The notes under the pieces were generated by a model. It worked only from the letters and a program-made list of their open reading frames with translations, did not search any database and had not been told where the DNA came from. From NCBI GenBank assembly GCA_041666205.1, contig JBAYHI010000005.1, forward strand, positions 20,386 to 84,385: a stretch of DNA of 64,000 nucleotides, written 5' to 3'. Below, piece by piece: positions 6,336-15,023 of the stretch. The stretch is from Patescibacteria group bacterium. Its GTDB lineage: Bacteria; Patescibacteriota; Patescibacteriia; UBA9934. Position 1 is the stretch's first letter; every line of letters starts with the position of its first letter. The position numbers were made by a program, and so were the translations under genes.

Positions 6336-7676
6336 TTATGCTGTCAACGCCTTCTCGTCCTTCATGCGGCGGCCAACGAGCTCCACCACACGATCGGAGT
6401 CCACAATCTCTTGTGCACCCGATTCCATATCACGAATAATAATAGTGCCGTCGAGCACTTCTTTTTGCCCCAAAATAAGGGCAATCTTTGCATTGTGCTT
6501 ATTGGCAAGATCAAGCTGGGCTTTGAGAGAACCTTTGCCAAACGCTTCGGCAACTGGCACACCCCCCTGGCGGAAACGCTCAAAAATGAGCATGCCTTTG
6601 CGACGTGCAGCTTCACCGAGCTGGCAGAAGAATACTTCTACCTTGCGATTATGTGGCACAGGAGCATTTGCTTCTTTCATGGCCGCAATCACGCGTTCGA
6701 TTCCAACTGCTGCACCCATCGCACCCGTTCCTTCGCGTCCACCCATTTGTGGAATCAAATCATCGTAGCGCCCGCCACCTGCAAGTGAACTTTGTGCGCG
6801 CTCTGGATTATCTGTGACCTGAACGATTTCAAAAACGGTTTTTCCGTAGTAATCAAGACCTCGCACCATGAACGGATCGAGCTCATAGCGCACATCCACC
6901 TCATCAAGATATTCAATCACCTTCATGAAATGCTGTTTTGAATCATCGTCGAGCCAATCCACAATTTGTGGCGCGTTTTTCTTGAGTTCTTCCATGCCCT
7001 CTTCTTTTGAATCCAATAGTCGGAGTGGATTTTTCGCCAAACGCTTCTTATCGGTTTCAGATAATTGACGACGATGTGCTTTAAAATAATTCACAAGCTC
7101 CATGATGTATTCTCGTCGACTTGCTGGTGTGCCAATGGAATTAAGTTTCACCACCACTTCAATACCGAGCTCTTTCATGAGCTGAGCGCACATAAGGATG
7201 ACTTGCGCGTCGATAATTGGTTCCTGAGACCCAAGCACTTCAACACCCCACTGCCAGAACTGACGATATCGCCCAGCTTGTGGACGATCATAGCGAAACA
7301 TCGGCTCGGCATACCAAAGCTTTACGGGCTGTGGCAAATTGAGCATGCCATGCTCGGCATAGGCGCGCGCAACTTGCGCAGTAGCTTCTGGACGGAGGGA
7401 AACGCGATCACCGCTTTGATCAACGAAGGTAAACATTTCTTTTTCCACAATGTCGGTTCCTTTCCCAACCGCACGCTCAAAGAGCGATGTTTTTTCCAAG
7501 AGTGGCAATCGAATGCGACCAAAACTATAATCATCGGAAATTTTTCGAGCCGTATCCATCACCTTGTCCCAATACGCTTGCTCTTCTGGCAAAACATCAC
7601 GGAATCCTCGCAACGTATGAGGTTGGTTGGCCGCTCCTTTTGCCTTTCCCTCCGCTTCTGCTGGTGTTGCAATCAT
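6336..7676 (-). CDS. hisS: histidine--tRNA ligase
   Basis: Class II aaRS motifs; HisRS signatures ...LRGFRDVLPEEQ..., RLPLLE, FERAVG, RPEATAQVARAY, and C-terminal anticodon-binding domain; 446 aa. Confidence 0.9.
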   Translation of the reverse strand: MIATPAEAEGKAKGAANQPHTLRGFRDVLPEEQAYWDKVMDTARKISDDYSFGRIRLPLLEKTSLFERAVGKGTDIVEKEMFTFVDQSGDRVSLRPEATAQVARAYAEHGMLNLPQPVKLWYAEPMFRYDRPQAGRYRQFWQWGVEVLGSQEPIIDAQVILMCAQLMKELGIEVVVKLNSIGTPASRREYIMELVNYFKAHRRQLSETDKKRLAKNPLRLLDSKEEGMEELKKNAPQIVDWLDDDSKQHFMKVIEYLDEVDVRYELDPFMVRGLDYYGKTVFEIVQVTDNPERAQSSLAGGGRYDDLIPQMGGREGTGAMGAAVGIERVIAAMKEANAPVPHNRKVEVFFCQLGEAARRKGMLIFERFRQGGVPVAEAFGKGSLKAQLDLANKHNAKIALILGQKEVLDGTIIIRDMESGAQEIVDSDRVVELVGRRMKDEKALTA

Positions 7677-7692
7677 AGATCGTTATTTGAAA

Positions 7693-8322
7693 TTATTGAT
7701 TTGAATACTCCGGAGACTGAATCGCTCCCATACGGTTGAACGGAAGTCCACGCACCCATGCACGACCCACAATCACCTTACTCGTAATAGGACCAAAGGA
7801 TCGAGAGTCCAAACTTTCATCGCGATTATCGCCCAGCACATAATATTCATCTTCCCCTAATACGACGCTTTCACGTCCATGGGTGTATTCGCTGATATAT
7901 TCTTCGGTGAGCGTAAAACCGTTTGGATGTTCCGCATTCTTGATGGTAATGGTGCCATCGGCAATCTCAACCGTCTCTCCAGGAAGGCCAATCACACGCT
8001 TGATATAAAACTGCGACGGACTGGTTGGCGGAGCAAAGACGACCACCTCCCCGCGATCAATGGCGCGCAAGCGATACGAGAGTTCGTCGATGATGAGATA
8101 CTCGTCGTTGTAAAAATTCGGCTCCATGGATGCGCCCAAGACCACAAATGGCTTTACCACAAAGTAACGAATTGGAATGATGATGGCCGCGGCAATCACA
8201 AGGATTTGCAAGACCTCAACCCCAAAGAGCACAATTGAGCCAAGCGTGGCTCCAAATACACGAAAGATCATGCGATCTTCCCCTTGTGGAGCATCACTTG
8301 TTTCTTTTTTAAAGAATGACAT
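7693..8322 (-). CDS. lepB: signal peptidase I
   Basis: S26 boxes GASMEPNF, YIKRVIGLPGETVEI, VLGDNRDESLDSRSFGPI. Start placed at MSFFKKE (8322) because the longer ORF would overlap the tRNA-Val gene. Confidence 0.8.
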   Translation of the reverse strand: MSFFKKETSDAPQGEDRMIFRVFGATLGSIVLFGVEVLQILVIAAAIIIPIRYFVVKPFVVLGASMEPNFYNDEYLIIDELSYRLRAIDRGEVVVFAPPTSPSQFYIKRVIGLPGETVEIADGTITIKNAEHPNGFTLTEEYISEYTHGRESVVLGEDEYYVLGDNRDESLDSRSFGPITSKVIVGRAWVRGLPFNRMGAIQSPEYSNQ

Positions 8323-8411
8323 GTGAGTTTGTTTAAAGTGCGAGCATAATACCATAAAAAAATCGCCTGTGCAATAGCAAAAAATGGCCGAAGTTAGAGA
8401 AATCCACTCCC

Positions 8412-8440
8412 TTGCCATCCGTCCATTGGTTTGATAGAGT
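8412..8440 (+). promoter_or_regulatory. sigma70-like promoter for tRNA-Val: TTGCCA-N17-TAGAGT
   Basis: -35 8412-8417, 17-nt spacer, -10 8435-8440, ~14 nt before tRNA 5' end. Confidence 0.4.
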
Positions 8441-8454
8441 AGGGATTGCAATTT

Positions 8455-8531
8455 GGACGTGTAGCTCAGCTGGTTAGAGCGCTGTCCTCACACGACAGAG
8501 GTCAGAGGTCCGAGTCCTCTCACGTCCACCA
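8455..8531 (+). tRNA. tRNA-Val (anticodon CAC), CCA encoded
   Basis: ggacgtg acceptor / D-arm gctcagctggttagagc / anticodon stem-loop ctgtc-ctCACac-gacag / T-arm ggtccgagtcc / cacgtcc-a-cca. Confidence 0.85.
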
Positions 8532-8683
8532 CCCTTCGCTCCTTCGGAGCTACGGGTGGCAGGCCATCCTTGTTCAACGAACGACGGATGACAGGCCATC
8601 CTGCCACACTCGGAATCGGCGAAGGGTGCCCTTCCGAAGCTCTGTTCATACAGAGCGAAGGAGGGCGCGAACTCGACGCAACT

Positions 8684-8929
8684 ATGTTTTTTGTGTACAT
8701 CATCCAAAGTATCAATTTTTCTGATAAACGATACACGGGTTTTACTGAATGTATCGAATCAAGGATTGATGAACATAATCGTGGCAAATCGCCACACACA
8801 AAAAAATTCAAACCATGGAAACTAATCTACTATTCAGCGTTTGCAGAAAAAAAGAAAGCATTAGACTTCGAAAAATATTTAAAGTCTGCATCAGGATCTG
8901 CATTCAGAAATAAAAGACTGCTCTCATAA
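8684..8929 (+). CDS. small GIY-YIG nuclease superfamily protein (YhbQ/UPF0213-like)
   Basis: MFFVYIIQS...KRYTGFTE fits the GIY...YIG-type motif pair, followed by R..EH and KPWKLIYYSAFAEKKKALDFEKYLKS. The supplied longer ORF (8570) includes a structured, probably non-coding leader, so start set at ATG 8684. Confidence 0.6.
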   Translation: MFFVYIIQSINFSDKRYTGFTECIESRIDEHNRGKSPHTKKFKPWKLIYYSAFAEKKKALDFEKYLKSASGSAFRNKRLLS

Positions 8930-8960
8930 TCCTCCCTGTTTTTAAAATTTATTTCCGCAT

Positions 8961-10484
8961 ATGGAAAAAATAACGATCGACCTGCATTCCAAATTTTTCC
9001 AACTTTTTTCCTTGTGCGGATTATCTCTCGCCCTTGGATTCCTTTTTGACTACCTCATCTACGATCATGCATTTGGCATTAATGTGCCAATTTTTATTTT
9101 TATTGCAATCACATTCGGGATCCTGCTCGCGCTCAGTTATCGTGTAGCGATTCCAAAACTTGCATACCTGTTTTTTGCGATCGGCCTAGGATTTGCGTTT
9201 CTCCTGTTTTTCCGAGCCAATGCACTTCTCTCATTTTGCAATTTCTGCGCCATGGGATTTTTCCTATTGCTTGGTGTTATTCAACTCACGGAAAAATTCA
9301 TTCATAAATTCCTTGCATTTGATTATTGGAAAACGCTCGCCCTCCCCCTGTTCTTTGTGCCTCCATTTTTAAAAACACTCCAAGATCTCATCACAATTCG
9401 ACATTCCGATACAAAACGCGATACAGCCATCCAAATCATTCGCGGAACAATTGTCGCCCTTGTAATCGTTGCAGTCCTTCTGGCGCTCTTTGCATCAGCG
9501 GATTTGGTGGTGCAGGACTTTTTCACACGCCTATTTTCAAACGAATTAGATGCAGAGCAAATCGCGGAATTTCTGGTGCGCACCTTCTTCGTCACCTTTA
9601 TTGCTGGAGCATTTCTTGGCCTCTATGCGTACGCCTTCCGTCATCCACGCGTGCATGCACCCACGAGTGACGCCACACCTGTGAAGTTCATTAAATCCAT
9701 TGAACTTGGGATTATTCTTATTGCCACGAACCTCATCTTCATTACGTTCCTCACCATTCAAGCCACAAACTTATTTGGCGGACACAATGCGCTCGATCGA
9801 CTAGGAATCACGTATGCAGAATATGCGCAACGCGGATTCTTTGAACTGATCGTGGCCGCACTCTTGGTGGCGCTCGTCTTGTGGATTGCCGATAAATATT
9901 CTGCGAAAAATACCGTGAACGAAAAAACGTCATTTCTCTTTTTGAGCAGCCTACTCCTCGTGCAAACAATTGTGCTCATGGCCTCGGCGTTCTATCGACT
10001 CGCCCTGTACGAAGGCGCCTACGGCTACACCACGCTCCGACTCTTCAGTCACGCGTTTATTATTTGGATTGCGCTTGCGCTCGTGTATTTCCTCGTGAAA
10101 ATTTGGTTCGCAAAAAAAGAAGAGCATTTCGCGCTTGCCACATTTGGAACCGGCGTCGTGCTTTTGCTTGCGCTCAACGCGCTCAATCCTGATGCCTTTA
10201 TGGCAACGCAGCATTTGCAACGCGCCGCTGGCACCGAAACATTTGATGCACCATTTTTATCACAACTCTCTGCCGATGCTGTTCCGGTGCTTTACGAGGC
10301 GATGCGGGCAAATACCGACGCGCGATTACCCGAGGTACTAGCCGATTGGAAAGGAGAGCGCTTTGATTATTCTGGAGAAAAAGGACCAGCGACGCTTCGC
10401 AGTCAGTACGTTGGTTGGCAGGCGTATCATTTTGCACGAACCCATGCGCTCGACGTGCTTGCGGACGTGAACGTCCAAAGATAA
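8961..10484 (+). CDS. polytopic membrane protein, DUF4173-like, function unknown
   Basis: 507 aa with ~12 hydrophobic segments; no catalytic motif recognised. Confidence 0.55.
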   Translation: MEKITIDLHSKFFQLFSLCGLSLALGFLFDYLIYDHAFGINVPIFIFIAITFGILLALSYRVAIPKLAYLFFAIGLGFAFLLFFRANALLSFCNFCAMGFFLLLGVIQLTEKFIHKFLAFDYWKTLALPLFFVPPFLKTLQDLITIRHSDTKRDTAIQIIRGTIVALVIVAVLLALFASADLVVQDFFTRLFSNELDAEQIAEFLVRTFFVTFIAGAFLGLYAYAFRHPRVHAPTSDATPVKFIKSIELGIILIATNLIFITFLTIQATNLFGGHNALDRLGITYAEYAQRGFFELIVAALLVALVLWIADKYSAKNTVNEKTSFLFLSSLLLVQTIVLMASAFYRLALYEGAYGYTTLRLFSHAFIIWIALALVYFLVKIWFAKKEEHFALATFGTGVVLLLALNALNPDAFMATQHLQRAAGTETFDAPFLSQLSADAVPVLYEAMRANTDARLPEVLADWKGERFDYSGEKGPATLRSQYVGWQAYHFARTHALDVLADVNVQR

Positions 10485-10487
10485 TTC

Positions 10488-11978
10488 GTGTATAATAACG
10501 TTGGTATGAAAGAGGAAGTCTCGGTTGATTTTTTGAAGAAAAAATATCAACTGGCCCCGGATCGTCAAAAAGAACAGAAGCGCAAAAAAACCTTCAAATG
10601 GATTGCGGGATTTTTCGTATTTGCGGCGCTTGCGGGGATTGGCGCCTCGTATAGTATTTCTGCAACTAGTAATACAACAAACGATCTTTCCGGACTCTCG
10701 ATTTTTTCAACGGTTCGCGGGCTCATGACCGCGCAAGATAAAGCGCTCTCCGGGGAAACAAGCGATCGCATTAATGTGCTCCTCATGGGCATTGGCGGCG
10801 CAGGGCACGACGGGCCAGAGCTCACCGACACGCTGATCTTTGCCAGCTTCCAACCCTCAACAGGTGAAATTGGCATGCTGTCGATTCCGCGCGATTTAGT
10901 GGTTTCGATTCCGGAGTACGGCTATCGCAAAATCAATGCAGCCAATGCATACGGCGAACTCAATGAGGCCGGCAGTGGTCCACAAGTGGCATCCGATATT
11001 GTGAGCGACATCCTTGGGCAAGAAATCAATTATTACGTGAAAGTAGATTTTGATGCATTTGCAGAACTCATCGATGCCGTTGGCGGCGTTGACGTCTACG
11101 TGGAACGCAGTTTCACTGACTCGACCTACCCCACCGAAGATGATTTGGTTCAAACCATTTCTTTCTCGCAAGGATGGGCCCATATGGACGGCGCCACGGC
11201 ATTGCAATTTGCGCGTTCGCGCCACGGCAATAATGGCGAAGGTACGGATTTCGCGCGCGCGGAGCGTCAGCAAAAAATCATTGTAGCCATGGAAAAACAA
11301 ATCCTCTCCCCTTCCATTCTCTTGAATCCTGGCAAACTTTCAAAGCTCGTAAATCTTTTTCAAGCAAACGTCACCACCAATTTGACCGTATGGGAAATCA
11401 TGCGCCTGTCGGGATATGCGAGCAATATTCAAATGGATAAGATTCGCATGACCGTTCTCGACGACAGTGCAGAGAGTCCACTGTATTCCTCCACCATCAA
11501 CGGGTCGTATGTGCTTTTGCCAAAACAAGACGATTGGGGCGAGGTGCAGGCCATTGCGCAAAATATTTTCGACCCATCACGCATTGCAGCCGAAGCAGAA
11601 ACAGCAACCACCATGGACCCCGTGAGTATCGAAATCCAAAACGGCACGGCGCTTTCCGGACTTGCATTCGAAACGTCCCAGCGATTGGCTGGCACTGGGT
11701 TTGATGTGGTAAAAATTGGCAATGCTGCATCGCGGGATTATTCCAAAACGATTATTTACGATCTGACGCAAGGCACCCATTCCGCCGCGCTTGCGGAATT
11801 GCAACAATTTTTCGGAGCCGATGTAAAGATGTCGGCATCGGGTTGGATTTTTTCTAGTGAAGTTGTGCCACGAGAGCTTACCGTGGCAACGCCGGGAGAA
11901 TCCATTTCCACAAGCGATACGCAAATTGATTTCTTAGTGATTCTTGGCGCGAATGCGGAAAATTTAGTCTTAAAATAA
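10488..11978 (+). CDS. LytR-CpsA-Psr (LCP) family cell-envelope phosphotransferase with C-terminal LytR_C domain
   Basis: N-terminal TM anchor; LCP core INVLLMGIGGAGHDGPELTDTLIFASF...LSIPRDL...YYVKVDFDAFAELIDAVGGVDVYV. Confidence 0.8.
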   Translation: MYNNVGMKEEVSVDFLKKKYQLAPDRQKEQKRKKTFKWIAGFFVFAALAGIGASYSISATSNTTNDLSGLSIFSTVRGLMTAQDKALSGETSDRINVLLMGIGGAGHDGPELTDTLIFASFQPSTGEIGMLSIPRDLVVSIPEYGYRKINAANAYGELNEAGSGPQVASDIVSDILGQEINYYVKVDFDAFAELIDAVGGVDVYVERSFTDSTYPTEDDLVQTISFSQGWAHMDGATALQFARSRHGNNGEGTDFARAERQQKIIVAMEKQILSPSILLNPGKLSKLVNLFQANVTTNLTVWEIMRLSGYASNIQMDKIRMTVLDDSAESPLYSSTINGSYVLLPKQDDWGEVQAIAQNIFDPSRIAAEAETATTMDPVSIEIQNGTALSGLAFETSQRLAGTGFDVVKIGNAASRDYSKTIIYDLTQGTHSAALAELQQFFGADVKMSASGWIFSSEVVPRELTVATPGESISTSDTQIDFLVILGANAENLVLK

Positions 11979-11979
11979 T

Positions 11980-13356
11980 ATGGCACGAACCTCCTCTCTT
12001 CCTGTTGTCGCGATTGTTGGCCGAACCAATGTGGGGAAATCCACTATTTTTAATCGACTCTTGCAGGAACAAAAATCTCTCGTCTCGAGTATGCCGGGCA
12101 CAACCCGCGATCGCTTTGAAGGCAATGTGCTGTGGCGCGGTCATTTTGTGCGGATCGTTGATACCGGTGGATTTGGCACCAAGCCCGTCGATGATTTAGA
12201 AAAAGCCATGTTTGAACAAGCGCGCCAAGCCATTCGCGAAGCCGATGCGCTCGTTTTTGTGACCGATGCGCAAGTGGGCCCGCAAGATGAAGATAAACTC
12301 ATTGCCCAAGAACTCATTCAAACAAAAAAGCCAATCATCTTTATTGCCAATAAAGCCGATAATGCCACCATTCGTGGCACGCTCGAAGACGCAGCGTGGC
12401 ACCGATTCCCGTTTGGTCTCCCGCTTGGAATTTGCGCCAATCAAAACAGTGGCTTGGGCGATTTGCTCGACCGCGTGTACGAAGAGCTTGAGCGTATTGG
12501 GAAGCAACCAGCCGATGTGCAAGACGTCATCACCACACGTGTTGCCGTCATTGGTCGACCAAATGTAGGAAAATCCACGCTCCTCAATTCCCTCTTGGGA
12601 GAAAAGCGATTTATCACGTCCGCCACCGCCCATACCACACGAGAACCAAACGACACCGATATTACGGTCAATGAAAAAGTGTATACGCTTATTGATACCG
12701 CTGGCATTCGCCGAAGCAATCGCGTTGCGCAGAAAAAAGTGGCGCTTGAAAACTTGGGCGTTGAAAAAACAATCGACGCCATGAAGCGCGCGCATGTTGT
12801 GCTATTTGTGATCGATATTTCCGAAGAAGTGAATGCGCAAGATAAGCACTTGGCCGGAGAACTCACCAAGGCCGGCGTAAGCGTCATCATGATCGCAAAT
12901 AAATGGGATCTCATTCCCGACAAAGATCCAGAAACAATCAATGCGTTTGAAACCTACCTGCGTGCGCACTTCCCTATGCTTTCTTATGCGCCGATTGTCT
13001 TTACCTCTGCCATGACCGGGCAACGCGTGCCCCATCTGTTTGAGGTGATTGATTTGGTCTTCAAGAGTCGATTCACGCAACTTTCAAAAGCGGAGTGTAA
13101 AGAATTTATCGGTCGCGCGATTTTGCGTCATCAACCAAGTCGTGGACGTGGAGTGCAGCATCCAAAAATTACCTCCTTTGAAGAAACAAGCCTGAATCCT
13201 CCAACCTTCACATTGCATATTCGCCAGTCTCGCGAAGATGCACTCAACCCATCCTACCTTCATTTCCTTAGCAATCTTTTGCGCGATCAATATGAGTTTC
13301 AAGGGACTCCAATCCGTATTGAAGTGGCTGCCCGCAAGAAACACCACACCACCTAA
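11980..13356 (+). CDS. der: ribosome-biogenesis GTPase Der (EngA), tandem GTPase domains
   Basis: Two G-domains: VAIVGRTNVGKSTIFNRL...DTGG and VAVIGRPNVGKSTLLNSL...DTAG; C-terminal KH-like domain. Confidence 0.9.
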   Translation: MARTSSLPVVAIVGRTNVGKSTIFNRLLQEQKSLVSSMPGTTRDRFEGNVLWRGHFVRIVDTGGFGTKPVDDLEKAMFEQARQAIREADALVFVTDAQVGPQDEDKLIAQELIQTKKPIIFIANKADNATIRGTLEDAAWHRFPFGLPLGICANQNSGLGDLLDRVYEELERIGKQPADVQDVITTRVAVIGRPNVGKSTLLNSLLGEKRFITSATAHTTREPNDTDITVNEKVYTLIDTAGIRRSNRVAQKKVALENLGVEKTIDAMKRAHVVLFVIDISEEVNAQDKHLAGELTKAGVSVIMIANKWDLIPDKDPETINAFETYLRAHFPMLSYAPIVFTSAMTGQRVPHLFEVIDLVFKSRFTQLSKAECKEFIGRAILRHQPSRGRGVQHPKITSFEETSLNPPTFTLHIRQSREDALNPSYLHFLSNLLRDQYEFQGTPIRIEVAARKKHHTT

Positions 13357-13924
13357 TTCGATTCTCATTGTCGGATTGGGAAACCCAGGGGGAGAATATA
13401 AAACCACTCGCCATAATATTGGATTTGAGCTCATCGACGCGATGTCGGAAAACCTCTCGCTCACATGGAAACAGCAAGCACGCTTTTCTAGCCTGATTGC
13501 CGAAGGATCCATCGACGGAAAAAAAATCATTCTCCTCAAGCCCCAGACGTTCATGAATGAGTCCGGCATTGCCGTGGCGCGCGTGGCGCATCAATTCAAA
13601 ATTCCTTCCACGCAGATCTGGGTGATTTCCGACGACGCCACCCTGCCATTTGGCATGATGCGCATTCGCACCGGAGGGTCTGCCGGCGGACACAATGGCC
13701 TCAAATCCATCATTGCACACCTCAAGACCGAAACATTCGGTCGTGTGCGTATGGGTGTGGGAACTCCCCCCGCACAGATGCCTTTAGATCGCTTTGTGCT
13801 TTCACGCCTCACCGCAAACGAACAACACGAACTCGCAGAAATGAAAAACGCCGTGGTGCAAGAACTCACGGAGTCCATTGCGCGCGGAGCGCTTTTAGTT
13901 GACACACGCAGTCTTCTTGGCTAA
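13292..13924 (+). CDS. pth: peptidyl-tRNA hydrolase (start uncertain; overlaps der 3' end)
   Basis: ILIVGLGNPGGEYKTTRHNIGF...HNGLKSI...RVRMGVG. The only in-frame ATGs (13238, 13292) are upstream of the der stop (13356), implying a 65-119 nt overlap or a non-canonical start near 13355. Confidence 0.75.
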   Translation: MSFKGLQSVLKWLPARNTTPPNSILIVGLGNPGGEYKTTRHNIGFELIDAMSENLSLTWKQQARFSSLIAEGSIDGKKIILLKPQTFMNESGIAVARVAHQFKIPSTQIWVISDDATLPFGMMRIRTGGSAGGHNGLKSIIAHLKTETFGRVRMGVGTPPAQMPLDRFVLSRLTANEQHELAEMKNAVVQELTESIARGALLVDTRSLLG

Positions 13925-13933
13925 AACAACGCC

Positions 13934-15013
13934 ATGCGAAACGATCTTCCCTATTGGTTGGCCTTGCGCGCCTATGAGAAATTCGGACCCCGCTCATTTG
14001 AGCGGCTTCTTTTGAAATTTGAAACCATGGAAGAAGCATTCCACGCCTCGCGCGAAGCGCTTCTTGACGCAGATCTCACCACCCTCGCCGTGGATAGTTT
14101 TTTACACTTGCGCGAGGACATCCATCCAGAGGCACTCGTGGCGGATTTGGAGCGTCACCACCTAACAGCGATTACAAAATGCGATGAGGAATATCCCGCA
14201 CTTCTGGGAACAATCTACGATCCGCCACCCGTTTTGTTTATTGCAGGCACGCTTCCTCCCGCAGAAATTGCTCATGTTGCCATTGTGGGGTCGCGCAAAG
14301 CCAGTCCATATGGCCTGCGTATTGCCGCGCAAATGAGCGAAGAGCTTGCAGAAGCCGGGTGCGTGATTGTGAGCGGGCTTGCCTACGGAATAGATGAAGC
14401 GGCCCATAGCGCCACCCTCAAAACAAAAGGCTTAACCGTAGCCGTGCTTGCGTGCGGACACAATCAACTCATTGGCCGCGCGCGCTATTTAGCACAAAAA
14501 ATTGTCGAGGCAGGAGGCGCTGTGATTTCAGAATTCCCCTTGCATACGCCAGCACATTCCTTTCACTTCCCCATTCGCAATCGCATCATTTCAGGCATGT
14601 CGCAAGGCACGCTCATTGTGGAGGCAACCAACGATTCTGGTTCGCTCATTACCGCGCGCAGTGCACTCGAACAAGGTCGCGATGTTTTTGCGATCCCCGG
14701 CAATATCGATTCCCCAACATCTGTTGGCACCAATGGACTCCTCAAGGTTGGCGCCTACCCGACCACCAGCAGCCAAGACATTCTGGACGTACTTCGCATT
14801 GAAAAACGCCCGGACGCCACGCGCGCTCCAATCACTCCCGATTCCGCCGATGAAGCAGCTATTCTTCCCTTCCTCTCCCAAACTCCAGTTCACATCGATG
14901 ACCTCGTGCATGCAAGTGCGCTTGGCATTGCAACGGTTGCGAGTACGCTCACGCTTATGGAAATCAAAGGCCGAGTGCGTCATGTGGGTGGGATGTTTTA
15001 TATTTTAGTATAA
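13934..15013 (+). CDS. dprA: DNA-processing protein DprA (Smf)
   Basis: Rossmann-like DprA core GSRKASPYGLRIAAQMSEELAEAGCVIVSGLAYGIDEAAH...IPGNIDSPTSVGTNGLLK. Confidence 0.85.
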   Translation: MRNDLPYWLALRAYEKFGPRSFERLLLKFETMEEAFHASREALLDADLTTLAVDSFLHLREDIHPEALVADLERHHLTAITKCDEEYPALLGTIYDPPPVLFIAGTLPPAEIAHVAIVGSRKASPYGLRIAAQMSEELAEAGCVIVSGLAYGIDEAAHSATLKTKGLTVAVLACGHNQLIGRARYLAQKIVEAGGAVISEFPLHTPAHSFHFPIRNRIISGMSQGTLIVEATNDSGSLITARSALEQGRDVFAIPGNIDSPTSVGTNGLLKVGAYPTTSSQDILDVLRIEKRPDATRAPITPDSADEAAILPFLSQTPVHIDDLVHASALGIATVASTLTLMEIKGRVRHVGGMFYILV

Positions 15014-15023
15014 TGGGAACGCT

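Noticed and set aside
6055-6768. 237-aa + strand ORF (Ser/Arg-rich)
   Set aside because: Antisense to rpsU/hisS. Low-complexity composition typical of the reverse frame of a GC-balanced gene. hisS on the other strand has full class II motifs.
7693-8451. Long version of lepB ORF and the 8570-start version of the GIY-YIG ORF
   Set aside because: Both extended frames run across the tRNA-Val gene or its structured trailer. The conserved protein domains begin at the internal Met codons (8322 and 8684).
8455-8929. Group I intron with GIY-YIG homing endonuclease inserted in a tRNA
   Set aside because: Both tRNAs are intact and uninterrupted, and the GIY-YIG genes lie downstream, not within the anticodon loop. 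The proteins are the ~85-aa YhbQ type without the DNA-binding domains of homing endonucleases.
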